DNA of 64,000 nt. Source: Paraspadella gotoi (Eukaryota; Animalia; Chaetognatha). Positions 37,176 to 51,311 of this stretch are shown here, in pieces. The stretch spans positions 22,958,643 through 23,022,642 of the forward strand of contig CM119268.1 in assembly GCA_051294375.1 (NCBI GenBank), given 5' to 3'. The translations under genes were made by a program, and so were the position numbers. Each line of letters starts with the position of its first letter. Position 1 is the first letter of the stretch. The notes below the pieces were generated by a model. The model made no database searches. It saw only the letters and a program-made list of their open reading frames with translations, and was not told the origin of the DNA.

Positions 37176-38586
37176 ATTCTTAGTGCGTGGTAAAGGGCTG
37201 CTTTTTAAAATTAAATGTGTCGTTTAACTCCTTTCTTTTCTTTTCTTTTCTTTTCTTTTCTTTTCTTTCTTCCTTTCTTTCTTTTCCTTTCCTTTCCTTT
37301 CCTTTCCTCCTTTCCTTTCCTTTCCTTTCCTTTCCTTCCTTTCCTTTCCTTTCCTTTCTTTCCTTTTTTTCTTTTCCTTTCTTTTATTTTCTTTCCTTCC
37401 TTTCCTTTCCTTTTCCTTCCTTCCTCTCCTCTCCTCTCCCTTTCCTTTCTTTTCCTTTCCTTTCCTTTCATTTCCATTCCTTTCTTTTCATTCCTTTTTT
37501 CTCTTCTCTTCCTCCTCACTTCCTCCTTCTTCTTCTCCTCCTCACTCTGCTCCTCAACCACCTTCCCTTTTCCCTCTCTCCCTCTCTCCCTCCCTCTCTT
37601 CTCCTCTCTCTCTCACCCCTCTTCCCCTCTCCCTCCCTCTCTCCCTCCCTCTCCCTCCCTTCTCTCCCTCCTCTCTCCCTCCCTCTCCCTCCCTTCCTCC
37701 TTCCCAAGACGCCGCGCGCCCCAACGTCGCGTCCGCAAACACATGGGCCTCTCAGTTCCGACGACGACGACGACGACGACGACGACTCGGACAGCGCCAC
37801 CTCTCCCTTTCCATCCGCCAATTTCCCCGCCATTCGCCGCTCCGACTTCCTCATCCTCCACGCCCCGCCGAGCCGCTCCGCCGCCCCCAACGACGCCGCT
37901 CTCCCCGGTGACGCCGCCAGGAGGACGCCGCTCTCCTCTCTCGCCGTGGCGCCGCCCGGGCCACGCCCATTCTCCCCCGACGGAGCGGCGTCATTCGGCG
38001 TCCTCGAACCGGCGCTACTTTTTGGCCGACGTTGAAGATCGACGCCCGTCTTTCGTGGAGAGACTGTCGTCTCGCCGACGAATTTGTCGGTCTCGAAGTC
38101 GGTCGCCGATCGAAGGATCTCATCGCTCGGTCGGTCGGTCCACCTCCCCTGGCCGACAAGGACCTCCGTCGCTCGATGGCGCTCGGATCGACGCCGATTT
38201 GAGAGAAAGCGTCGGCCTGGCTGCTTCGTCGTCGGCTGCTTCGTCGTTTCCCGTGAATCTAACGACGAAGTCTCGACGATTTGAAGACGAAGTCGTCGCA
38301 GCAACTGATGCTACAGCAGCAATATCTCCGAATGCTGCAGAAGCAATATCTCCGAATGCTGCAGCAGCAAATTCCCCGAATGATGCAGCAACAATTTCGA
38401 CGAATTCCGCTTTGAACTTTACGCAAGTTGCGGCAGAACACATTTTTTTAAACGCTGCAGCAGCGACTTCAGCAGCATCGACTGCAGCATCCACTACATC
38501 GTCTCGAAGCTGGAGAAGCGAAGACCTTCGTCGTAAATCGTCGTCGTCGTCGTCGTCTTCGTCGCGAAGTACAACGCCGACGGAAA

Positions 38587-38644
<58 letters not shown>

Positions 38645-38810
38645 AGGAGGAGGAGGAGGAGGAGGAAAGTCGGCTTCAATAGCGGCGACGGGGAGATTCA
38701 ATGACAACAACCACAATGAGAATAATCCAAACAACAACAACAACAACAACGAAAATAATAATTACAACGGAAGTTTTTCCGTGGAAAGTCTTTTGGGGAG
38801 AAGAAGATGA
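33832..38810 (+). CDS. FoxQ2: Forkhead box Q2 transcription factor with C-terminal eh1 motif
   Basis: Exons 33832-33850 (METHSKG, tentative), 34467-35296, 36923-37101, 37709-38810, phases 1/0/2. Forkhead domain [29 protein letters not shown]|[60 protein letters not shown]|[16 protein letters not shown] is of the FoxQ2/fd102C type; the protein ends in [11 protein letters not shown]. Confidence 0.93.
36600..36905. repeat. ~51-bp tandem repeat x6 ending at the FoxQ2 exon-3 branch/acceptor region
   Basis: Unit GTCATCRTATCATWCGATCCAGTTATCGCTTATCACTAATCCCTCTCATT. Confidence 0.9.
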
Positions 38811-39230
38811 TGATGATGACAGAAATGATGACAGAAATGGAGATGACAGAAATGATGACAGAAATAGAGATGACTAAATGATGACTGAAATTATAACAGA
38901 ATGAAGATGACAGAAATAATTACAGAAATGGAGATGACAGAAATGACAGAAATGGAGATGACAGAAATGAGAATGACCGTCCTGATGACAGAAATAATGA
39001 CAGAAATAACCACATAAATGACAGAAAGGACGATGAAAGAAATGACTACGGAAATGATGACAGAAATGACAAAAATATTATGACATATTTGATGACAGAA
39101 TTGATGAGAGAAATAATGACAAAAATGATGACAGAAATGAAGAAAACATAACATGTAATTGATGACCGGAATGAAAATAAGAGAAATGACAGAAACAAAA
39201 ATGACATTGATCAGATTTCAGATGACAAAA
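38811..39230. repeat. Degenerate ATGACAGAA repeat directly after the FoxQ2 stop codon
   Basis: Directly visible. Confidence 0.85.
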
Positions 39231-40205
39231 ACGAAAATTGAAAATCAATGATGAATTCATTTCATTAAGAAAATAAATATTTGTCGTTATCTACTGTACT
39301 GAGGAATACCGATCCCATTATTCGTGTCCCATTTTATTTCAATCGTCCTTTTAATTACAAATTGCTTGTACTGTACGAACTGTATTTGCGGTCAGATTGT
39401 CTCTTCTTTTATATTATGTCTAATACAACCATTCTAAAAATATAAAATTGGTTTTTGATTTAATTATTTAAAATTTAATCTCAAACAAAAAAGTGCCATC
39501 TTAACAGCGACCGAAATTAACAGTTAGATTCAACTCGTTAGTCTGAACTCTTCGTTGTATACATAGTTAGGGAAAAATATACTAAAATTAAACATTCTGT
39601 ATAAAACTCGAAGAGTGGATATTTCATCCGCCTTTAGCTTTACATACGTACTCATTTTCCAGTCTTTCTGTCATTCAGCAACTCCAGATTCTTTAAACCA
39701 ATCAATTATTTTGTTTGTCAAAAATCGCTTAAATCTCCTTTTATTTATGAAATTTTACCTTTTGCCTACTTTTTCTGCCAATCAGTCTAGATGGTCACTA
39801 TTTCGCGAGCCAATCAGCGCTTCGTCCCCCTCACCTATTTTCTCAGCCAATCAACGCTTCGCCTCTTTATCTCAGCCAATCAGCGCTTCGCACCTTTTAA
39901 CCCCCATTAGCCAATCAGCGCCATTTTTTTTCTCTTTTTAACCAATCACAGACCGTCGTGCGAAAAGCCTTCGATGAAATAAGGTTGACAAGCGAATCGA
40001 GAAAGAGAAAAAAAAAAGGGAAAGGCGGGATCTTGTTTGACACTGTTGAGTAAACACCTAATGCGGCTTTTAACACAGTTGGACAACCGATAGAGAAGGA
40101 GAGGGGGGGGAAGGAGAGAGAGAGAGAGAGAGAGTGGAGGGGAGCGGGGGGGCGGAATGAGACGGAGCGGAACCGATGGAAAGGTTTTTTTTCTTCGTCA
40201 CTTTG

Positions 40206-40258
<53 letters not shown>

Positions 40259-40594
40259 AGAGATAGAGAGAGAGAGAGAGTGGGGATGGTGAAAATATGA
40301 AGTGAAAAGTGACAGGTGGAAATGGCGAGTTAAAAAGGGCCTTAAAAAAAAAAAAAAAACAAAAACAAAAAAAAAAAATAGAATAAAGAAAATGTGTACA
40401 ATTATTAAAGATAAATACAGAAATCAATATAAAAAAAGAGAATAAAGGGGGGAAAAATTATGATTTTAACCTTATTTTACATATTTTACTATGAACGAGT
40501 AAAATCATCAATTTACAATAGGAAACAATTTTTTCATAAAAAGTATTGTGAGATGTGATGTGGGGTCTAATATTTGGGTTGTGGTTGAGATTTT

Positions 40595-40636
<42 letters not shown>

Positions 40637-41395
40637 CTCACCAGGAGGTCATTCTCCTCAAAATTTGAGACAAATGGATTTTCCGTTTTTCTCTTTTTGT
40701 TGATTTGTTATCACAACATTTTCGTTGTCGTCGGCGGCGGCGGCGGCGGCGGCGGAGGCTGCTGCTGCTCTGCCTTTCTAAAACGCATCAACTCCGCATT
40801 GGACCGAATCGTTTTGTTGGACAAACGCAACCCCCTTCTATACCTCTCTATCTCGACCTCTCTATTCTCTACCTTTCTCTTCGCAACCTTACTTCTCTGA
40901 CTCAACATATTTTTTTTACCTATCTTTTCCTACCTATCTTTCTCAAATTTTTCTTTTCTCTTTTTTTTTACAATATGAAATTGGTACAACTACTTTAAAA
41001 TTAATTTATTAATTTAATAAATAATCTTGGGACAGGCTTTGGTGATTTAAGGCCTGCATCACTCATACAAGATAATGACATAGCAGGTCCCTGCAAGCTT
41101 TCAATCAAGACTCTCTCACAGTCTCGTTTATTCACTCCCAGAGTACCTGGCTTCCCTATCATTGAATTTAATCTATGAATTTAATTTACTCTACCTATAT
41201 GTAAATTAGAATCAAACTTTCCATATCATCATCATCATCATCATCATCCTCCTCATGGTCGTCGTTGTCGTCCTCATCGTCGTCGTGGCCGTCATCGTCA
41301 TCGTCGTCGTCGTCGTCGTCGTCATCGTCGATGCAGATCAAAACCGAAATATCGTTTTTGACAAGAGAATGAAAACGTTGGCCTTCGTTTTTGTG

Positions 41396-41478
<83 letters not shown>

Positions 41479-41768
41479 AAGTCGCAAAAGGAGGAAAGTT
41501 GTTAATCGCTCGAACAAAGCAACAATTTTGGTCAACAAATCTTTTTCTTATCTTCTCTTCTCGTCTTACCTTTTCTTTTCTTTCTTCTTCTCTTTGTCTC
41601 CTTATTTCACCTTTCCTTTCTTTAGTTTTTCCCCCCTTAATTTTTCCTTTGACTCTTCCTCTCTCTCTCTCTTCTTCTTCCCCTCTTCCTCTTCCTCCTC
41701 CTCCTCTTCCTCTTCCTCTCCTCTTCTCCGAAATCCGTCGCCGCCGAATGAATTTCATTGATGAGGAA

Positions 41769-41855
<87 letters not shown>

Positions 41856-42772
41856 GCAACGACGGACGATGATAAAGAAAAAAAAAAGAAAAACTTTGAT
41901 GACAAAGTTGGTTTAATAAGTTAAATTTACTCGGGAATAATTATAACAATTTCATACTAATTCCGTCAGTTCCTTTGTACGTCGATCCGTTCTTTTCGAC
42001 TGTCCGTTTGTCCATTTTGTCAAGGATTTAATGTATACGAAAAAAGAAGAAGCATCTTTAGCAATTAATTTCTGCTTCTGCGCAAAGAATGAAATCAGTG
42101 GCTACGCCAATACATGTAAATCGTAATTTTAAAAAAATATTGTCTATAAAAATATATATTTTAAATATCTTGTTCATTATTTCGCCTTCAAAATTTTCAA
42201 ACTTGTAAATACTATTAGTCTATTAGTATAATTCCAAATCAATATATTTTGATACTGTAAATCAAAACATTGGAAATCATTGTAAATCAAAATCAGGTAC
42301 CAAGTGATTATTTTAGCGACATGACAGACAACAACAAACAACAACGACACGACGACGACGACGACGACGATGATGACGACGACGAGTATGACCGAAAGAA
42401 GATCAAACTGACGTAAATCACGAATCTCGACTTTCGATTCACAGACGCAGAAATTCGATCACAATTTAGTGACTCGTGATTCGTGATTCAAGATTCGGTG
42501 AATAAACAGGATGATCAGATCCTTTTTTCTTTTGGCGAATTACGTCGATACTATTATTTATTTATAATTAATTAAATTAATAGTTATTGCTATTAATTAC
42601 GCAATTGAAAAATAATTAAGATAATTAAAATTATAATCAAAATTAAATCTATATCATACCTTTTTATGTTAACTTATATTGTAGTGAATTATTGATGCAA
42701 TGTAAACATTTAGAAATCGATTTCGATAAAGTTTATCGATTCCACGTAATGGGAATATATGTATTACATTAT

Positions 42773-42861
<89 letters not shown>

Positions 42862-43050
42862 GGCCGTTTGGATTTTTTTCTATTTACCCGACTAGAGTCT
42901 TTGATCTTTCTCTCTCTCTCCCACCCTCCTCTCTCTCTCTCTCTCTCTCTTTTTCTCCTCTCTTCTCTTCCCTCTCTCTCATTCCTTTGGCCGTTTGGAT
43001 TTTTTTCTATTTTACCCGACTAGAGTCTTTGATCTTTCTCTCTCTCTCCC

Positions 43051-43114
<64 letters not shown>

Positions 43115-44071
43115 TCTCTCCTCCTCCCGCTCCCCTCCCGATAATCACCTCCACTCACCTTTTGTCGGTTCCCATAGAAAAAAACCGATTTCGTCGTCGT
43201 CGTCGTCGTCGTCGTCTTTGCCTCCCGCCGTCATCGTCCTTCTCTCAGAAAAAAAAAATAGAGGAGAGGAAGGGAGGGGAGATAGGGAGGAAGGGAAGGG
43301 AGGAAGGGAGGAAGGATGGAAGGGAAGAAAGAAGGGAAGAGGGACAAGAAATGAAAAGAAAGTGAAATGAAATAAAATGAAAAGAAAAGAAACGAAATGA
43401 AACAAAATAAAATAAAATGAAGTGAAATGAGGTGACGAGACGATGAAACTCGAAGCCTAAAAGGAAAAGAAAAAAAAAAAAGGAAAAGAAACGCGAAAAA
43501 GTGATAATCGTTTAAGTAAAAGCAAAAAAGTAAAAAACTGAAAAAAAAAAAAAAAAAACAAAATTGAAGAAAAAAATTATTTAGTAAAACAAAAAACAAA
43601 TTATAAAACAAAATACAAACATAAAATCTGAAAAAAAAACGAAGAGAACAAGAAATGGAATCTTGTGTCACGAAATCGAGACGCGTGTCTTGTTACCGTC
43701 ACACGTCCCTCGCATCGTCGCGTCAAGGGTCACCCGGATTTCATTGTTAATGATCTTTAGTTGTCGTCGTTGTCGTCGGTCTCGCCCTCCTCCTCCTCCC
43801 TCCTCTCGAGAATGAACGTCAAGCTTTTTAAATCGCGTCACTTTATATGAGGATCAATTCTGAGAAATGAGGTTCGATTTCTAAGAAATGCGTCTCGAAT
43901 TCTGAGAAAAGCGGAGATGAAACGAGAAACTAGAATCTTTTTCTCTTTGATTGTTGAGATCGAATGTTTGTTCTCGTCGTTGTCGTCGTTTGTCATCGTT
44001 GTCACGTGCGTCGTGTCGTCGTTGTCGTCGTTGTGTTCCTGTAGGAAGGAAAGTAAATATAGGCAAATCAT

Positions 44072-46414
44072 GAGATATGTCATCTCCCAAATCCTCCGCC
44101 CGCGGGGCGGCTCTAGGGGCGGCCCCAGGGGGCAGACTATTCCAGGGGGGAGCAGCAAAATGGTTATTGAGGGGCGCCCCCTCTGATTGCCTCAGGGGCC
44201 GCCCCAGGGGGGTTCCCCCTGGGCCAACATTTTTGAGTCTATTAGGGGCGCCCCTAATGCTTAGCCCCCTGGGGCCCAAAAAAGTCTGCCCCTGGGGTAA
44301 CCCTTGGGGAGCAAAAACTGCTCCCCCAGGGGCGAGTTAAAGAGAGAGCAAAGTTTAGATGAGAAATATACTTTTTGACTATGTTATTATATCTGAGAAT
44401 ATTTCTCCCTGTCTGTTTACTCTCTCTTTCTCTCTCCCTTTTTCTTTTTCTCTCTCTTTTTTTTTCATTCTCTCTTTTTCTCATTCTCTTTATTTTTTTT
44501 TTCTCTCTTTTTTTTTCTCTCTCTCTTTCAAGACTTGTTTTATGTAACTGAATTAAATATACATTTTTTTTCAAATAATAGTTAACTCATTTATTACATA
44601 TTTAATCTAAAAATTAAAATATTTGTATTTTTTAACCCAATTATTTTATTTCAGTTAAAAGATATAGAAACAAGTTTTAGCAAACAATGTAGGACGTAGC
44701 CACAAAAATTTAGTGGTAAAAAAGCTAATCAGTCATTTATCTTCTTTTTTTTCTTTTTTTTTCTTTTTTTCTTTTTTTTTCTTTTTTTGTTGGATGGACA
44801 TACTGATAGACTGATAGAGAGAGACATAATTTTTTTAAAAATTATTCATAATTTGATGTTTAAAAAGAAATTAAATAATCACCAAACGAATAATGGGCAG
44901 TGACTGACAGACCTACTTAGTGAATTATGGAGTCCCCCTCAAAAAAACAATAAAAACTATTCATCAACATTAAACGAGTTCTACATCATAAAATAAAACT
45001 TTTTTATTTAAGATTTGTAATTAATAATCGTAAGTTTGTAGATTGCTTAAGATGAACTAACGTTGTTAAGTAGAGGCTGATGATTTGAGAGAGAGAGTGA
45101 GCAAAACTTTATATCTAGCTCAATCACATCCTTTTCTACCCACACACAAAATTTTATTCCAATCCATCTATTTAATCACGAATAATTGGAGTTTAATGCT
45201 AATATAGGATGGACTTAAAGACTGATATTAATTAATTAATCAATTAAATATTTTTTAATTAATTATTTTTTATAAGTGAATTAAACAATTAAAAACCATC
45301 CTACTCTTTATTCTATTATTTAAAATTTTATAGATGAATTAAGATAAAATTTTGTGTATGGGTAAAAAAGTGTGCAAGTGAAAGTGAGTTTTAATGGAAA
45401 ACAAAAGTTACTTTTACTTGAACATTATTAACAAAATTTTGCACTCTTTTTCTCTCTTTCTTATTTTATCAGATAAAATTATTAATTAGCTAATTGTTAA
45501 GTGGCTTGTTGACCAAATTAATTAATTTGACCAAATTATCCCAAATTGTCCAAATTATCTAAGTTGACCAAATTATGACTTGACTAAATTAAGAAAATTA
45601 ACCAATTTATACCAGTTGACCAATTTATGCAGTTGACAAATCTATGCAATTGACCAAATTATGCAAGTTGACCAAATTATGCGAGTTGACCAATTATGCG
45701 AGTTGATTGAATTATGCAAATTGATTAAATTATGAAAGTTTACCAAATATGAAAGTTTACCAAATTATGGAAGTTTACCAAATTATTAAAGTTTACCAAA
45801 TTATAAAAGTTTAGCAAAATATGAAGGTTAACCAAATTAAGCAAGTTAACTAAATTATAAAAAATTACCAAATTATGAAAGTTTACCAAATTATAAAAGT
45901 TTACCAAATTTTAAAAGTTGATTAAATTATATCAGTTGACTGATTTATGTCAGTTGACCAAATTATGTCATTTGATTAAATTATGCAAGGTGACCAAATT
46001 GGTATTAGTACAGCTATTAGTTCATTGATTGATAAATTGAAGTGAAAAATATTATTTTTATTTTTATATTTTATTGTAATGAAAGATGAAAATAAGAAAA
46101 TAGATAGAGAAAGAGAGAGAGAGAGAGGGAGAGAGAAAGAGAGAGTAGAAGGAGGGAGAGATAGGAGGAAGAGAGAGCCGTTCCAGGGGGCAGGAAAATC
46201 ACCCCCCTGGGGGTAGCCCCAGGGGGAAAGGTTTTTTCTAGCCCAGGGGGATTCCCCCTGGAGTAGCCCTTGGGGCTCCAAAAAAGAGGCTACAGGGGGC
46301 CGCCCCTAGGCGGTAAAAATTTGCCTGCCCCTCGGGGCCGCCCCGCGGAGCCACCCCGCGGGGCCGTCCCCAGCACCGCCCCCGGGGGAAGCGATTCTGA
46401 AGGATGACATACTT
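44072..46414. mobile_element. 2343-bp presence/absence element with degenerate GC-rich inverted ends and 9-bp flanking direct repeat
   Basis: GCAAATCAT at 44063-44071 and 46415-46423, single at the empty site 52256-52264. Ends TATGTCATC / GATGACATA are followed by ~250 bp of GGGGCGGCCCC-rich inverted sequence. Contains a foldback at ~45090-45455 and an ~18-19-bp TTGACCAAATTATG array at ~45508-46000. Confidence 0.8.
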
Positions 46415-46555
46415 GCAAATCATATGCATTTTTAACGTAAGTGGGTCAGACCGACGGACGGACAGACATACCGACGAACCGACGAACGACAGACCGACCA
46501 ACAAGAAACTTAGAGAGTGACTCCTCGAGTACTCGCGGCGTAACTACTAAAAAAA
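46415..46555 (-). mobile_element. Helentron/DINE-1-like terminal segment (also 52256-52392)
   Basis: The minus strand starts in a T-run, has a short imperfect palindrome (CGAGTACTCG), then a GTCY-type microsatellite, the layout typical of non-autonomous Helentron ends. Confidence 0.4.
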
Positions 46556-48513
46556 AGAAGAAATATAACCCTTAATGCAATAGAAACGAATCTTCTCTAG
46601 GGAACTTAATTAGAATTCGACAATCAAACTTATTAAAAAATTTAAATTAAAATTCGACAATCAATCCTATTAAAAAATTATCTCTCCCCATCTTTCTCTC
46701 TCCCCTTTTTTCTCTCTCCCCTTTTTTCTCTCTCCCCTTTTTTCTCTCTCCCTTTTTTCTCTCTCCCCTTTTTTCTCTCTCCCCTTCTCTCTCTCTCTTC
46801 CACATGATTCTTCCTCAAGACTCGACATGGATCGAACTTAACAAAGCCTCACCCCATTTTTCATCCTCCCTTACCAGATTCTACCCTTATCTATTTCCTA
46901 GACTCTTCCTTCTCCTCTCTACCTATGACCACCTATCTTCTCTCCTCTCTTCTCTCTCCCCCTCTTCTCTCTCCCCCTCTTCTCTCTTCTCTCTCCCCCT
47001 CTCCTCTCTCCCCTTGACTACATATATTCTCTCCCTCTCTTCTCTCTCCCCCTCCCCTCTCCTCTTCCCTCTCCTCTCTCTCCCCCTCTCCTCTCCTCTC
47101 TCCCCTTTTATTCCTCTCCTCTTTTCCACTCCCTCCTCCTCCTCCTCCTCTTCAACTTGACCTCACCCGGTCACACGATTCCTCCTTCGCCCTTACCCTA
47201 TCGCCTTCTCCCCCCCCCACCGCCCCCCTCTGCCTCTTTGACCGACCCCATCGATGAATCGATTCTCACGTGAAGAAAAAAAGAAAGAAAAAGAAAAAAA
47301 CTTCTCACGTGATCTTCACCCGCGATTTTTTCCCTCTCCTTTTTTCTTCTTCTTTTTTTTGTTCCTATTTTTTTCGTCTCCACCTTTTTTTGACCTTTAA
47401 CCGCTTTTTTTTGTGCTTTTTTGTTCTTTAATCACTTTGGCGCCGTTAGGCTTTTGTCCTTTTTTGTGCTTTTTTGACCTTTAAATCGCTTTTTTTGTGC
47501 CTTTTTACTAATTTGACTTTTAATCACTTTTGGTGCCGTTTTGCTTTTTTGTGCTTTTTTGACCTNNNNNNNNNNNNNNNNNNNNNNNNNAAAAGAGAGG
47601 AGAATCCGATCCCATTATTCGTGTCCCATTTTATTTCAATCGTCCTTTTAATTACAAATTGCTTGTACTGTACGAACTGTATTTGCGGTCAGATTGTCTC
47701 TTCTTTTATATTATGTCTAATACAACCATTCTAAAAATATAAAATTGGTTTTTGATTTAATTATTTAAAATTTAATCTCAAACAAAAAAGTGCCATCTTA
47801 ACAGCGACCGAAATTAACAGTTAGATTCAACTCGTTAGTCTGAACTCTTCGTTGTATACATAGTTAGGGAAAAATATACTAAAATTAAACATTCTGTATA
47901 AAACTCGAAGAGTGGATATTTCATCCGCCTTTAGCTTTACATACGTACTCATTTTCCAGTCTTTCTGTCATTCAGCAACTCCAGATTCTTTAAACCAATC
48001 AATTATTTTGTTTGTCAAAAATCGCTTAAATCTCCTTTTATTTATGAATTTTACCTTTTGCCTACTTTTCTGCCAATCAGTCCCGATGGTCACTATTTCG
48101 CGAGCCAATCAGCGCTTCGTCCCCCTCACTATTTTCTCAGCCAATCAACGCTTCGCCTCTTAATCTCAGCCAATCAGCGCTTCGCACCTTTTAACCCCCC
48201 ATTAGCCAATCAGCGCCATTTTTTTTTCTCTTTTAACCAATCACAGACCGTCGCGCGAAAAGCCTTCGATGAAATAAGGTTGACAAGCGAATCGAGAAAG
48301 AGAAAAAAAAAGGAAAAGGCGGGATCTTGTTTGACACTGTTGAGTAAACACCTAATGCGGCTTTTAACACAGTTGGACAACCGATAGAGAAGGAGAGGGG
48401 GGGGAAGGAGAGAGAGAGAGAGAGAGGTGGAGGGGAGCGGGGGGGGGGCGGAATGAGACGGAGCGGAACCGATGGAAAGGTTTTTTTTCTTCGTCACTTT
48501 GAATCGAAGAGAG

Positions 48514-48576
<63 letters not shown>

Positions 48577-48885
48577 TGGGGATGGTGAAAATATGAAGTG
48601 AAAAGTGGACAGGTGGAAATGGCGAGTTAAAAAGGGCCTTTAAAAAAAAAAAAAAAACAAAAAAAAAAATAGAATAAAGAAAATGTGTACAATTATTAAA
48701 GATAAATACAGAAATCAATATAAAAAAGAGAATAAAGGGTGGAAAAATTATGATTTTAACATTATTTAACATATTTTACTCTTAACGAGTAAAATCATCA
48801 TAAACAATAGGAAACGATTTTTTCATAAAAGTATTGTGAGATGTGATGTGGGGTCCAATATTTGGGTTGTGGTTGAGATTGTCAA

Positions 48886-48919
<34 letters not shown>

Positions 48920-49006
48920 CACTCACCAGGAGGTCATTCTCCTCAAATTTGAGACAAATGGATTTTCCGTTTTTTCTCTTTTTGTTGATTTGTTATCACA
49001 ACATTT

Positions 49007-49039
<33 letters not shown>

Positions 49040-49688
49040 GAGGCTGCTGCTGCTCTGCCTTTCTAAAACGCATCAACTCCGCATTGGACCGAATCGTTTT
49101 GTTGGACAAACGCAACCCCCTTCTATACCTCTCTATCTCGACCTCTCTATTCTCTACTTTTCTCTTCGCAACCTTACTTCTCTGACTCAACATATTTTTT
49201 TTACCTATCTTTTCCTACCTATCTTTCTCAACTTTTTCTTTTCTCTTTTTTTTACAATATGAAATTGGTACAACTACTTTAAAATTAATTTATTAAATTT
49301 AATAAATAATCTTGGGACAGGCTTTTGGTGATTTAAGGCCTGCATCACTCATACAAGATAATGACATAGCAGGTCCCTGCAAGCTTTCAATCAAGACTCT
49401 CTCACAGTCTCGTTTATCACTCCCAGAGTACCTGGCTTCCCTATCATTGAATTTAATCTATGAATTTAATTTACTCTACCTATATGTAAATTAGAAATCA
49501 AACTTTCCATATCATCATCATCATCATATCATCATCCCTCATCTCATGGTCGTCGTTGCGTCCTCATCGTCGTCGTCGGCGCCGTCTCGTCATCGTCGTC
49601 GTCGTCGTCGTCGTCATCGTCGATGCAGATCAAAACCGAAATATCGTTTTTGACAAGAGAATGAAAACGTTGGCCTTCGTTTTTTGTG

Positions 49689-49781
<93 letters not shown>

Positions 49782-50050
49782 AAGTCGCAAAAGGAGGAAA
49801 GTTGTTAATCGCTCGAACAAAGCAACAATTTTGGTCAACAAATCTTTTTTCTTATCTTCTCTTCTCGTCTTACCTTTTCTTTTCTTCTTCTTTTCTTCTC
49901 TTTTCTTTGTCTCCTTATTTCACCTTTCCTTTCTTTTAGTTCTTTCCCCACTTAATTTTTCCTTTGACTCTTCCTCTTCCTCTTCCTCCTCTTCCTCCTC
50001 TTCCTCTTCCGAAATCCGTCGCCGCCGAATGAGATTTCATTGATGAGGAA

Positions 50051-50155
<105 letters not shown>

Positions 50156-50649
50156 GATGGCAACGACGACGATGATAAAAAAAAAAATAAGAAAAACTTT
50201 GATGACAAAGTTGGTTTACTAAGTTAAGATTTACTCGGGAATAAATTATAACAATTTCATACTAATTCCGTCAGTTCCTTTGTCCGTCGATCCGTTCTTT
50301 CCACTGTCCGTTTGTCCATTTTGTCCAAGGATTTAATGTATACGAAAAAATATGAAGAAGCATCTTAGCAATTAATTTCTGCTTCTGCGCAAAGAATGAA
50401 ATCAGTGGCTACGCCAATACATGTAAATCGTAATTATAAAAAAATATTGTCTATAAAAATATTATTTTAAATATCTTGTTAATTATTTTCGCCTTCAAAA
50501 TTTTCAAACTTGTAAATAATATTAGTCTATTAGTATAATTCCAATCAATATATTTTGATACTGTAAATCAAAACATTGGAAATCATTGTAAATCAAAATC
50601 AGGTACCAAGTGGATTATTTTAGCGACGATGACGACAACAACAACAACA

Positions 50650-50690
<41 letters not shown>

Positions 50691-51082
50691 TATGACCGAA
50701 AGAAGATCAACTGACGTAAATCACGAATCTCGACTTTCGATTCACAGACGCAGAAATTCGATCACAATTTAGTGACTCGTGATTCGTGATTCAAGATTCG
50801 GTGAATAAACAGGATGACTCAGATCCTTTTTTCTTTTTGGCGAATTACGTCGATACTAATTATTTATTTATAATTAATTAAATTAATAGTTATTGCTATT
50901 TAATTACGCAATTGAAAAATAATTAAGATAATTAAAATTATAATCAAAATTAAATCTATATCATACCTTTTTTATGTTAACTTATATTGTAGTGAATTAT
51001 TGATGCAATGTAAACATTTAGAAATCGATTTTCGATAAAGTTTATCGATTCCACGTAATGGGGAATATATGTATTACATTAT

Positions 51083-51160
<78 letters not shown>

Positions 51161-51240
51161 TTATTCCTTTTGGCCGTTTGGATTTTTTTCTATTTTACCC
51201 GACTAGAGTCTTTGATCTTTCTCTCTCTCTCCCACCCTCC

Positions 51241-51311
<71 letters not shown>

